Origin: Paraphysomonas bandaiensis
Lineage: Eukaryota; Protista; Chrysophyceae
Assembly (NCBI GenBank): GCA_965644295.1
Contig: CBFFRP010000253.1
Span: 106,223 to 170,222 of the forward strand
Reading direction: 5' to 3'
DNA: 64,000 nucleotides
Translations under genes and position numbers: made by a program
Notes under the pieces: generated by a model
What the model was told of the DNA's origin: nothing
Databases searched by the model: none
What the model saw: the letters and a program-made list of their open reading frames with translations, nothing else
Part shown: one piece after another, positions 11,642 through 23,077 of the stretch
How positions within the stretch are numbered: the first letter of the stretch is position 1
Layout of the letters: every line of letters starts with the position of its first letter

Positions 11642-13912
11642 ATGAATGATCCTAAATCTACTCTATTAAACTTCATATCCACTTACTGTACAAAACATAA
11701 GGATGCATTCATCTGTGATGGTACATCCAAACAAATCATTGAAACAAACTATCACTATTTCACTGTGAATGTAATGAAACAATTAATAGATTGTGCATTA
11801 CATGAAAGGGATAAACAAGTGAATAAAGGGTTAGATGATAGTCAATTAATGGGCTCATGGGGGGTGCTAATCGATGAGTTTAAAGAGGTGACGTTAATGA
11901 AACGACAACAAGCAGCGGAATTATTACAAAGAATGTGTGCAATTGCTATGAATAGTCCACAGGATTTACAAGAATATATACATGATTTAAGAAAAAAGAA
12001 TGCATTAGATTCTGTTTTAGTTGATTTGATTAATTCCTCACGAGAGGACTGTGATAAAACTGAAGGCAATGATGCGATCAAGGCGGTGTTTCGACTGCTA
12101 TGTGATGCAGTGGCACCAGAGACGAAGTACTATGCATCTTGTGCTGAAGAGTCAACTGCATCCACTACCACTGGTTCAGGAGGCTCAGAGAAGGTTGAAG
12201 CCAGGAGTGTGCATAGTGAAGGTGCAGAGCCAGACCAAGATGCCCTCGTGGCGGCAGGACAGCTGCTAAAGGAGCTTTTGTCGCGTTGCGCTGGTGATGC
12301 TTCTCGTCTTAAGGTAGAGCTGGAGAGCCGCATGGGGTGAGTTTCTGTCAATTTAGTACATTGTTTGTGTATGTATTCTAATGTCCTGCTAAGGGTAAAC
12401 TATACTGGTCCACTGCGGGTAGATGGTCCCGCTTTTAAGAGAGTTCTCGAGGACAACATTGCCGCGTGCAAGCAAGCAAGTTACACCAACAAGTTGAAGG
12501 TATTTGAGTTTGCATTGGAAGTGGTGAGTCGACCCAGCCCAGACCCTGTGTCCGTCAATCCTACCTCTTCATTTTCCACTCACCACGCCCCCAAATTTGT
12601 CGACAATGCATCAATCCTAGGAATAGGGGGTGATATACATGTTTCGTTGGTAGATGAAACAGGGGACTATGTAGATGCAGTGGATGCCGCGGACGCCCTT
12701 CGATTTGCAGCTACTGGGGCTGGACCAGCCTCCTCAAAGTATGCGAAGGCTAGCAAGAAAAAGAAGAGCGTGAAAACAGGAGTGAAGCGGGCTGTAGGAG
12801 GAATCGCAGAAGCTTTAGGAAGGCACCTGGAAGAACATGGCTGGGCTGTAGGAGATCATGTAATTCCCGAAGACATAGTCCGCCGTGTGCGAATCGAATG
12901 CAATCTTTTCCAGGATCACTATGAACAGAGTGAGATATGGGTAGGGAAACAGGCAGATGTGGGCGCCCAGCTGTCAGTACCAAGTGTAAGAGGGGACCGT
13001 GTGTTATGGATGTGTGGCGGTCACACCAGTACTGCTCCGGAGGGTGTTTCTCGCACGGTGCGAACTATTGGAGAAGTCGAACCCTGTCGGCTAGAAGTGA
13101 AGGCAGCCGCTCCCATCAAACGATTTGCGGCAATGAAGGAACTGGTGGCCAGTGTGGATAAGCTGGTTTTCGAAATGAAAGAGAAATGTCAAAGTCTTGC
13201 GGGTATATATGAACGGTCTGATGCTATGCTAGCAATATACCCTGGAGAAGGTGCTCGATTCGCCCGACATATAGACAACACTACTAGAGATGGGCGCAGG
13301 CTTACGGTACTGGTGTATCTGAATCCAGAATGGAAGCGAGAAGAAGGGGGGGCTCTGAGACTATTTTCTCCTCAATCTCTTTCTCATGATACTGACTCGA
13401 AGGCTGATACAGAAAAGTCTGGAGGAGATGGTCGTGTGAAAGCTGTGGACGTGTTTCCCGAAGGGGGGAGAGTGGCCATGTTCTACTCAGCGGACGTACC
13501 CCATGAAGTACTCCCGACATTTGGTCAGCGCCACGCACTGACGATATGGTACTACGATTCTGATGAACGCCGTAAAGCTGTTGAGGAGGCTCGCGAGGCT
13601 GGTAAAGGAGAAAGTGCTGCGAAGGCAGGAGTGGAAGCACAGTCTGCTGCTAAGGCATTCATTGCCGAGTTAATGGGGGGAGATGAGGTGGGTGAGGACG
13701 GTGGAGATCCGTCCCAGGAAGAGCTGGATGCTCTTGCTAGGCGTGTGGAAACCTTGGATGAAGATGTGCTCGGAATGGTTGCGTCTATCACAGGTGCTCC
13801 GTCCGTAGATTCTTTCCGGAATGGCTTTCCCATGCTGAGTGTTAGTGACCTGAAGCAAATGAGAGCGTTGTTCAGAAGAATGGGCTTGGGCTCGTACTCT
13901 GTAGACTCTTAA
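11642..13912 (+). CDS. EGLN/PHD-like 2OG-Fe(II) prolyl hydroxylase with a long N-terminal extension; intron 12337-12393
   Basis: AIYPGEGARFARHIDN..DGRRLTVLVYLN, PHEVLP and RHALTIWYYD give the HxD...H triad and 2OG-binding Arg. Start codon uncertain. Confidence 0.85.
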
Positions 13913-14565
13913 GCAGTGATTCGCTGTTGTGCGAATAATTCTTGAAATAGTACATAACATTAATATCTGACACATTGGTTGTGAATATGAAGATGCATTA
14001 TAATTTTAATTATCACACAAGTAGTTGACAATGTTTTTATATGAAATTTTCTGTCAAAATAGGTACCGATGGACCTTTCGATCTACCTATACCTGGAGCT
14101 TATAGGGACTTCACACCTAGTGGGTATCTATTTTCTATCTATATAGGTATTCTGATAAATACCACCCATAGGTACCACACATCATACATAATAGAGTTGC
14201 CGCAGCTTCTACCTATATGCTATATGTCAGCTTTGCAGGGCGTCTGTTATGGATAATGGATATTCAATAGTTACCTAACAATTACAGCCCAGTAACGAGC
14301 TATTCTAAATCAATGGTGATTTTGACAAAGAAAAAATAGTATTTAATTTTATAATGTACTCAACTCCAGTAAGTAAACTTAATGACACTTCATTTTAAAT
14401 AGGGTAACAATTAGTATGAATTCCAGTATAATTATTCATCACCACACGGTGTACATTTCACAACAAAATACTCTATAATATACCGTCAAATGCATTAGCA
14501 ATAGGTACTAACAACACAGGAAAGTACACCTTCTGACAAAAAGAACACGAAGATCGACGCTTTAT

Positions 14566-15885
14566 TCAAGAAGATAATACCGTAGGTTGAGGAATTGTGG
14601 TGAGTGCAGGTGTAGGGATCGTGACTTCGCACCTCTCCTCAGATACCACCGCCACTTCCTTTGTCTCTGCATATTTGGCATATTCGTCTGACACATAGTA
14701 GAAGCGCCGCAGTTGTTCCTCTACCGACAAAGGTAGACCTGGATCCGAGGGTGTAGAAGTATCTTCATCTTGCGTCATCTCTGGCGGAGAGTATGGGTCA
14801 CATATGTCAAGGCTCACCTCTCTCAGGTTAGGACGAAAAGGGGGTTGCACCACCATGTTCTCTACTTGAGAATACGAAAAACCGCTTCCAAGAAACCAAT
14901 CACTGTTACATAACCTGGCGTAGTTGTTTTCCCCATGCCCAAGACGGTGAGTCTGTCGAACGTCCAATAGACCAGATATCACCCGTACACAAGCGTCCGA
15001 TAAATGCCCATTAACTGGGGATGCCTCAGGCACAGGTACTCGTAGCTTGTCGTTTAATAAACCTCTTTCTCGGCAGGACCCAAATGACATCAGGTTGCGC
15101 TGGACAGGGACAGTGCTGGAAATAGCCACAGTGGAAGCTTTAACAGGCTTCTCTCGCGCAAGCTTATCCTCTGCATACCGTATGAAGTCCAATGGCACAT
15201 GCTTGGAGAAGGGTCGCTGGCCATATACCATCTCGTATGCCACAACGCCAAGACTCCAAAAGTCAGAAGCACATCCGTGAGTGTGAGACTTAGTAAACAC
15301 CTCAGGGGCTAAGTACTGTCGTGTCCCACTGGCCATGTGGCAAATAACATCATGATCCTGCGCCACAATTTTGGGCTCTCCAACATACGACACTCCAAAA
15401 TCCGTCAGAAGAGCATAACCATACTCGTCAAACATGATATTCTCCGGCTTTACATCACGATGAAGAATACCTTTGCTGTGGATATGATGAAGAGCTGAAC
15501 TGATACAAACCACTACAAAAGCAACTCGATCCTCAGTGAATGGCTCTCGTCGGCGCAAATGATATCTGAGATCTCCACCAGTGCACAGGTCAAGAGCCAT
15601 GTAGCAGTACTGAGCATCATGAAAGGCGGAGTTGAGTCCCACAACAAACTGATGTCTTCCCACACTCTTCAGTGCTCTCAGCTCCGATAAAATCAAACTT
15701 AAACCATGCTTATGAGTGAGAAGTTGCCGTATGTTGATTTCTTTCATAGCAAACCAGTCCTTCGACTGGAGGTGCATCACAGACGAGACTTTACCGAACC
15801 CGCCCTTACCGATCGTGTAGGAGAACAGGAACTTCTCTCTGCTGTGTGTGTTAGTGGAGTGTAGTTTAGTTGGAGAGGAGCCCAT
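14566..15885 (-). CDS. AGC-group Ser/Thr kinase (STK32/YANK-like), probable N-myristoylation (MGSSPT)
   Basis: GKGGFGKV, AMK, HRDVKPEN, DFG, GTRQYLAPE, DFWSLG and the PPFRP AGC tail. Confidence 0.9.
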   Translation of the reverse strand: MGSSPTKLHSTNTHSREKFLFSYTIGKGGFGKVSSVMHLQSKDWFAMKEINIRQLLTHKHGLSLILSELRALKSVGRHQFVVGLNSAFHDAQYCYMALDLCTGGDLRYHLRRREPFTEDRVAFVVVCISSALHHIHSKGILHRDVKPENIMFDEYGYALLTDFGVSYVGEPKIVAQDHDVICHMASGTRQYLAPEVFTKSHTHGCASDFWSLGVVAYEMVYGQRPFSKHVPLDFIRYAEDKLAREKPVKASTVAISSTVPVQRNLMSFGSCRERGLLNDKLRVPVPEASPVNGHLSDACVRVISGLLDVRQTHRLGHGENNYARLCNSDWFLGSGFSYSQVENMVVQPPFRPNLREVSLDICDPYSPPEMTQDEDTSTPSDPGLPLSVEEQLRRFYYVSDEYAKYAETKEVAVVSEERCEVTIPTPALTTIPQPTVLSS

Positions 15886-16234
15886 GCTATGAGTGTGTAT
15901 ATGAGACACGTCTGATATTATGATCCACATACACATACATACACACGATACCACACACCCCTCACATGATCATAGAGGGGAAGGTGTGCCAATATACACA
16001 CACACTGGACTACAGACATCCACATCCACAGACACACAGGCCACTAGCCTCCAACATATAGACACACACCCCTCCACATACATACATACATATAGACACA
16101 GAGGCCCCCAATTCACATACTCGAAGATCCACCCACACCCACATACACACACACATACACACAGAGGCCCCTAAAGATACACACCTAACAATACATATGT
16201 ATACAGACACACATTGCCCTACCCCTACACATAC

Positions 16235-16235
<1 letters not shown>

Positions 16236-16265
<30 letters not shown>

Positions 16266-16355
16266 CATACATACATACATACATACATACATACATACAT
16301 ACATACATACATACATACATACATACATACATACATACATACATACATACATACA
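16236..16355 (+). repeat. (TACA)n microsatellite, about 120 bp, in a divergent promoter spacer
   Basis: Directly visible. Confidence 0.99.
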
Positions 16356-16423
16356 TGCATATACAGTAACTGATCAGTGTTCATATGACTATCTCACTCT
16401 CTCCTCTTCATTTAATCACTCAT

Positions 16424-17251
16424 ATGGCAACAGAATTCTCTCGTCTCTATCGTGAACTCTGTCATACCGGTCCTAACACTCCTGTCTATGACTTACAATT
16501 CACAAAAGAACGTAAACAAGTCCTTCAATCACTCGGATATGAAATCAAATCAGCTCCTATGAAATACACTGTCTCTAAACATCATGGTAAAGGGGCAAGA
16601 AGACGTAAACATGAAGCACATTTAAAAGCTATTTCAAATAATGATACAAATGATCGTAAAAAACAATTGAAGATACGACAACTGACACGACAGACACAAG
16701 AAGTCAATGAATTAACCAATAAGATCCAAGCATTAATAGCTGATAATAAATATATATCACAAAATTTATGGTCAAAATATGATAAAATATATGGACAATC
16801 AATGGAACCTTATGAGAAGTCTCATTCTGCACCTAGTGGAACATCTACACGATCACCAATGAGATCAAGTGCTGTAATGAAACGTACTCCAGCTGTATGT
16901 CGTGGTGATTATTCGAAAAGCAAATGGAGTAAAGAGGAGCGTGATCGTCTTAATACTATATACAGAGAGTTTCGTAAACCATTATCTAAAAGTCGTGCTG
17001 CATGGGAGAATTATTACATAGAGTTCGCCAATATATTCCGTGTGTTTTTTAGTAATAGGACGGAAGAAGAGGTAGTAGAGAAGATTAAAGATATGTACGC
17101 TCGGCGTCAGTTTGAAGAGGTAGGAGAGAAAAAGTATTGGGCTAAAGTAGGGGCCACAAGCCCAGTGAGAAAGCAGAAGGTTGTAAGCGAGAGACACACA
17201 AAGACACTCCCCCCTGTTACCTCCACGGCGAAACTGAAATCTTTACACTGA
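16424..17251 (+). CDS. Basic coiled-coil protein with a Myb/SANT-like C-terminal domain
   Basis: Intronless ORF; SKWSKEERDRL...W...F.NRTEEEV resembles a Myb/SANT repeat. Confidence 0.55.
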   Translation: MATEFSRLYRELCHTGPNTPVYDLQFTKERKQVLQSLGYEIKSAPMKYTVSKHHGKGARRRKHEAHLKAISNNDTNDRKKQLKIRQLTRQTQEVNELTNKIQALIADNKYISQNLWSKYDKIYGQSMEPYEKSHSAPSGTSTRSPMRSSAVMKRTPAVCRGDYSKSKWSKEERDRLNTIYREFRKPLSKSRAAWENYYIEFANIFRVFFSNRTEEEVVEKIKDMYARRQFEEVGEKKYWAKVGATSPVRKQKVVSERHTKTLPPVTSTAKLKSLH

Positions 17252-17347
17252 TGCCTGCTATAGCTATTTTGTATATATTATCTTTGTTTTGTTGTATATT
17301 TATCACACAAAGCCTATGCAATGCATGGTGATTTGCATGGAGAATGG

Positions 17348-17459
17348 TGTTGTAATAGGTCATGTAAGATGTTTTCGTACAATGCTGTATCACCGAGTGC
17401 TTTTGTTGTAATAGGTCATGTAAGATGTTTTCGTACAATGCTGTATCACCGAGTGCTTT
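17348..17459. repeat. Perfect 56-bp tandem duplication
   Basis: TGTTGTAATAGG...GAGTGCTTT occurs at 17348 and 17404. Confidence 0.95.
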
Positions 17460-17676
17460 GAAAGTGTTGTCAGGGTTATATTTTGCTCATTGCTCACATA
17501 TGTGTGACGAAAGTTTTGAATTCGTTAGGTATCTCTTTCGAGATATTTCTGCCAGCTGCATTACAGTTTGTTGTGTTTCTTACACTTGGACTGTACACAG
17601 CTTTGTGCATTTATCACATCATATACTCATATACATGGTATGCTATTCAATACATAGTACATAGACCGTGCACATT

Positions 17677-18000
17677 CCCTCAACAAAGTCGGACTCGCAC
17701 TTTTTCGTGGTGTAAGTATCGGAGATAATTCTCCAGGAAACTAACGTGAGCCGCATATACATTCAGCAACTGCTTGTGTGGTACAAGGGGCACAAATAAG
17801 TGTCACTTGTGTACTTGTGTAGACGTCTTTTTGGGCCCTGACGAATAGATAGGCATTCAGAACTGGGCCGACCTCACGTGCATCCAGGGTACTGGGCTGC
17901 CTGCTGAAGGCAAGCATCCGGGCTGCTAACCTTAAGAACTCAAATATGGGGACAGGAAGTAATAATTACAATTATAATTGTCAACAACCTGCGTCAATTA
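17677..18000. repeat. Degenerate interspersed repeat (transposon remnant)
   Basis: 17677-17860 aligns by eye with 43232-43450. 17945-18000 aligns with 36750-36805 (reverse) and 8228-8280. Confidence 0.7.
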
Positions 18001-18278
18001 ATTGACAATACGTACTAGATGGGCCTGAGAACTACGAAATACGCAACAATATCTCCATTTCCAATATCTTCAATTCGAAAAATATCATTACAGTTTTACA
18101 ATATAGTTAACAAGCAAATAACTATTTACTGCAGCGCAAGATCTGCGTAAATAGTTACGACATTTCTACGTACACATTTAATAGTCCCTACTTAGCGAAT
18201 GACACATATGTTCAGAGACATATCAAGGAGTCATAACCCTAATCTTACCATAGAAGTATATTTACAATATGTAACCAA

Positions 18279-20421
18279 TCATACCGACATCGGGCTGGAG
18301 TTTGAATTCATCTTATCTCCCGACGGACTTGAAGGCTTCAACACACTTTTATGAGATGCCAGGATAATCGCATTGTAGAACGACTTAAATTCGCTGAAAT
18401 CGATGCGACCATCCTTGTTAGTGTCAATTGCAGAAAACATGTCTTTAACACTAATAGCACTTCCATCAGCGTCACTCATCACGAGTAACGGGCCAGTCCC
18501 GTCATGCAGCATACAATTCACCACCAGGTCTAATTCCCCCTCTGATATAAATCCATCTTCGTCCATATCAAACACAGTGAAATATAAACGGGCGGCTTCC
18601 ATTTCTTCCTCCTCGTTATCATAACACCTCAGAGCGGCCAAAGCCATGAGAACTTCTTTCACATCCACCCGACCGTCCCCATTACAGTCAAAGACAGCGA
18701 AAACCTTACTATTGGCAAGAATATCCAGCTGCGCTGACTTCACCAGAGTACAGAATTCCTCATATCCAAGGGAGCCTTGTCGAAGAAGACGTACCGAGTT
18801 TTTGTCACTACTTTTCTCCTCGCCCACCACTTTCCCATCCTCTTCCGCACTACGATATATCTCCTTTACCAGTAACTCCTTCAGGCCCAAAAGTCGACTA
18901 GAGAAATCTGCAGATACACGCTGTATGTCCTCATCTGAGGCGCTTCCTCTGGAACGAAGAAAGGGAAGGACGTGTTGAAACCCCTCTTTCCTTTCCTTGT
19001 GAATCTCCATTGCTCCGTTAGCAAGAAAGTACTTTTTGAGGCGTCCCCTAAGTGCTAAATGTTTGATACGGTGCAAGTAGGCTTCACCGAGGTGTTTCTC
19101 AGGAGCACAGTGTGTAATCCACGGGTGAGAGAGTACCTCATCTAGGTCCATCCGCTGCGTGGGATCTTTAACAAGCATTTTGCGAACAAGATCCTTGGCG
19201 GACTCTGATACCCCCTCCCACGTAGGGCCTGCCATGGCATAGTATGTAGAATCTGTGATCTGTCTCCTGTACCTGCAAAATATCATCAGACATTACACTT
19301 CTAGATTTAATAGTTTTAAATTCTATTAACACCAAAACGCACTCACTTTCTCCCAGTGTGGAACGGCGCGTATCCTGCCAGCATACTGTAGAGTACACAC
19401 CCAGCTTGCCATACGTCACTTTTAGTAGAGTATTGGTGTCTCAATATGCTTTCTGGCGCAAACCAGCCCTCAGTGCCGACTAAGAGCCCTGTCTCCAATA
19501 TGCCACTACCGTCACTTGGAAGCGCAGCCATGAACCCGAAATCTATTATCTTAATCCCACCGCCCTCCCCAGGAGTAGTATGCATCAGGTTGTCCAGCTT
19601 GAGATCACGGTGAACGAACCCTTTACGATGGATGCTCCGTAACGCTAGCATAGCATTTCGAAAGGAATGAGAAAGATCTTTCTCAGATATACTCGAACGC
19701 ATAGACATACGCTGAAGCCAATCGCCACCACGTAACATTTCCATTACGATTACTGGATATGGCTGACAAAACTCAGGATTCTTCCCAGGAACTGTTGTAT
19801 TCGTATATATATCAGCACTTTAAACATATTTTTATTTAATACTTACTTAACCCACTTGCTGTATCCTTGAACACCCCAATCAGTTGAACTGCACCCTCCA
19901 CACCTTCCAGTGCAGTCATCAACATAATCTCATGTGCAATATCCACACTTCCCGGGGGTTGCTTAGTGTACCCAAAAAATTTCTATTCGTACATAATTAA
20001 AAGCAACATTAGAAGATATGCATACATATATCAATCCCTATATATTATATCATACCTATACACATCATGCCTATATATCCTATCTACATACCATCTATAC
20101 GTGCATGCCATCTATACGTAGATACCATCTATACGTGCATGCCATCTATACGTAGATACCATCTATACGTGCATGCCATCTATACGTGCATGCCATACAC
20201 ATAACATCACGCTTATCTCTACATGTATATCATATACATACCATAGCAACTGTCGACCCATCTGTTCGATGTTTAGCAGCATATACTTTCCCCCTATATA
20301 TACATATATCAATACAGATGGTTATGTATAGAGAGTATAGAGATTACCATCCACCCTCTTGTAACATATCTTCTACAATATAATCCTCATATTTGAGTTG
20401 ATGAGGTGATGATGATGTCAT
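18279..20421 (-). CDS. Ca2+-regulated protein kinase with C-terminal EF hands (CCaMK/CDPK-like), 5 exons
   Basis: Exons 20421-20348, 20293-20242, 19982-19847, 19791-19347 and 19272-18279 splice in frame. VAMK, HRDLKLDN, DFG, APE; EF loops DCNGDGRVDVKE, DMDEDGFISEGE and DTNKDGRIDFSE. Confidence 0.9.
20091..20194. repeat. Intronic 17-bp minisatellite with two unit variants (order ABABAA)
   Basis: A = CCATCTATACGTGCATG, B = CCATCTATACGTAGATA. Confidence 0.9.
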
Positions 20422-20699
20422 TGTGAATTAAGGAATTAATAGATTGAGATTATATGAATAGAAGGGGTGTGTATATGAGATGATTGTAATAATAATGAAG
20501 AGGTGAGTGATACATACATACACATACATACATATATATGTATATGTATACTACTGCTGCTGTACTATACACAGAGAGGATTTAGAAAAGAATATTATTT
20601 TGATTGAACTCCTATGCACACTATACCATATGGAAGAGTACGTACTTGTGAAAGGAAAGATCTTCAGTCTACAGTAGTGTATACAGCAGTATACGTACG

Positions 20700-21107
20700 T
20701 ACATACATACATACATACATACATACATACATACATACATACATACATACATACATACATACATACATACATACATACATACCTACATACATACATACAT
20801 ATATACATACATACATACATACATACATACATACATACATACATACATACATACATACATACATACATACATACATACATACATACCTACATACATACAT
20901 ACATACCTACATACATACATACATACATACATACATACATACATACATACATACATACATACATACATACATACATACATACATACATACATACATACAT
21001 ACATACATACATACATACATACATACATACATACATACATACATACATACATACATACATACATACATACATACATACATACATACATACATACATACAT
21101 ACATACA
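20700..21107 (+). repeat. (TACA)n microsatellite, about 410 bp, in a divergent promoter spacer
   Basis: Directly visible; TACC and TATA variant units. Confidence 0.99.
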
Positions 21108-21355
21108 TTCAAGTATCATCTAGATCATCTTCATATATCTCTCTTCCAATACACTTCATATATTTGAACTTCTACCAATCATCTTCCTTCCTTCACATAC
21201 TTCACACACTCTCTTCTATCTTCCCTATCAACACACTCTCCCATAACATAAAGGCCCATACATACATACATACATACATATGCGTGGATCCTCCTAACCG
21301 TCTAATCTCATATCGATTTTATTTTTTTTGTTCTATTAATTTTTTTTATTTCAGT

Positions 21356-22204
21356 ATGAGAGTATTGACTCTTGTGTATGTATGTACTGTCATTAATAGC
21401 ACTGGTTTACTATATCTATGCAATGCATATGAAAATGGAATAAGAGGCATTGAATCACATGGAAACTGGAGGAATAAATTAATGCAAGCCAGATATGGTA
21501 ATAAGCGTGATTTAGATGACACTATTGCTGGAAATCAGTATACTGTAATGAGGAAAGACAAAAATGACAAAAATAAGGACAAAAATGGTAAAAATAAGGA
21601 CAAAAATAAGGACAAAGGGAAAGAAAAGGACAAAGGGAAAAATAAGGACAAAGATAAAGGGAAAGATAAAGGTAAGAAGAAACATCCAACAGCATCCCCT
21701 ACTCCTGTTCCTCCAACTATCGACCTATCTTCTCAGTCCTGTGCGTTATATTGTGATGGAATCTCTGCGTCATGCACTGCAGAAGACGGGTGCTGTGACT
21801 CCGGATACACTCCATGTGATGCCTTCGAATTCGACGAGGAAGGTCTTTTTCACTGCGGAAAAGATGACACTTTCCTCGGTGACTGCGTCGAGCATGATGT
21901 CATTGTGCATGCTGTCAGCGGTGGGTACTTGTTGCTCTTCTATTTTCCTGTCATTGACTAACTGGTGCTTATTACAGCACCTGAGTGTTCACTGTTTTGT
22001 GATGGCACTTCCACAGCTGTTGGGTGCGGAAAGGGGGATCACTGCTGCCCTGAAGGCTTTCTATTATGCAATTCAAGGGACCTTGTTGAACCAGATGTAA
22101 ATCAACAGGGATTCCATTCAGAGCTATACAGGTGTGCTCGATTGGAGACGTTTTCTCCTACGGGCAGGTGTACTGGCCTCCCAATTTCTGATAACCCCAC
22201 TTGA
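21356..22204 (+). CDS. Putative secreted protein: signal peptide, KD/KG-rich tract, Pro/Thr linker, two Cys-rich modules; intron 21921-21977
   Basis: Hydrophobic N-terminus; repeats CALYCDG...GCCDSGYTPC and CSLFCDG...HCCPEGFLLC; the 57-nt intron joins the ORFs in frame. Confidence 0.65.
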
Positions 22205-23077
22205 GTAAGAGGCGGATTGGCTATCCGACCGTTGTTTCTTTACTTGTCAGAACTGAATTGAATATTAAGCATATTTATACAACTGAAGAATATCTGAGTT
22301 GCGTACATATTTAGCGATTGACATATATATGTTTAAGACGTGGTAGTACAATGAATAAGAATAATATTACAACCTACTACACTTAATTGGAAAGTAGACT
22401 TCTGTGTCAAGCATAACAGAACGTTGTCGTAGGAAATCGATGTTTAAGTTGTCCTCCTAATTAAATATCGACTGTTAACTCTTAATGACCAGTAGTTGGA
22501 ATAGAAATAGCGCTTCTGTAGTCACGTATATAGGGCATGTGAAATGCCCAGTGGCCATAGGTAGCACAAGAGCATATTTGCATCAAATATCAAATCTACC
22601 TGCTACTCTATCACGCCATATATGATCATGATGGGTCTTTCATTCATTAAATTTGATGTGATGAAAAATTCGAATTATTTAGATGAAGTTGAATCTAGAT
22701 ACCTTTTACGATTGTGTAGATAGTGCATAGCGCATAGTGCAGGACAGCAGAATGTATGCGGGCAACTCATTGATGTCCCCAAGAATAGCACTAGGGGTGT
22801 GAATTAAAACTAGAACAAAATATCACTTACTGAAAGGGGAAAGAAGTTTAGAAGAGAAAGTCACAGCCCTCATATCACATGATACTTAAAACATGCACAC
22901 CCAATGCTTCATATTTCATCGCCTAGAGTTCATGTATGAGGTTTGCATGTAAACCTGCACATACAGTACAGTGTATCGACTTTTGTACAATATTTTAAAA
23001 AAATATAATCTATTTATATATTACGTAAAACATATGACACTCTATAAGTATATAAAGAAATAGCTATTCACAATAAC

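Noticed and set aside
17348-20194. CRISPR-like array (56-bp and 17-bp repeats)
   Set aside because: Contiguous tandem units with no unique spacers, no cas genes, and a eukaryotic context.
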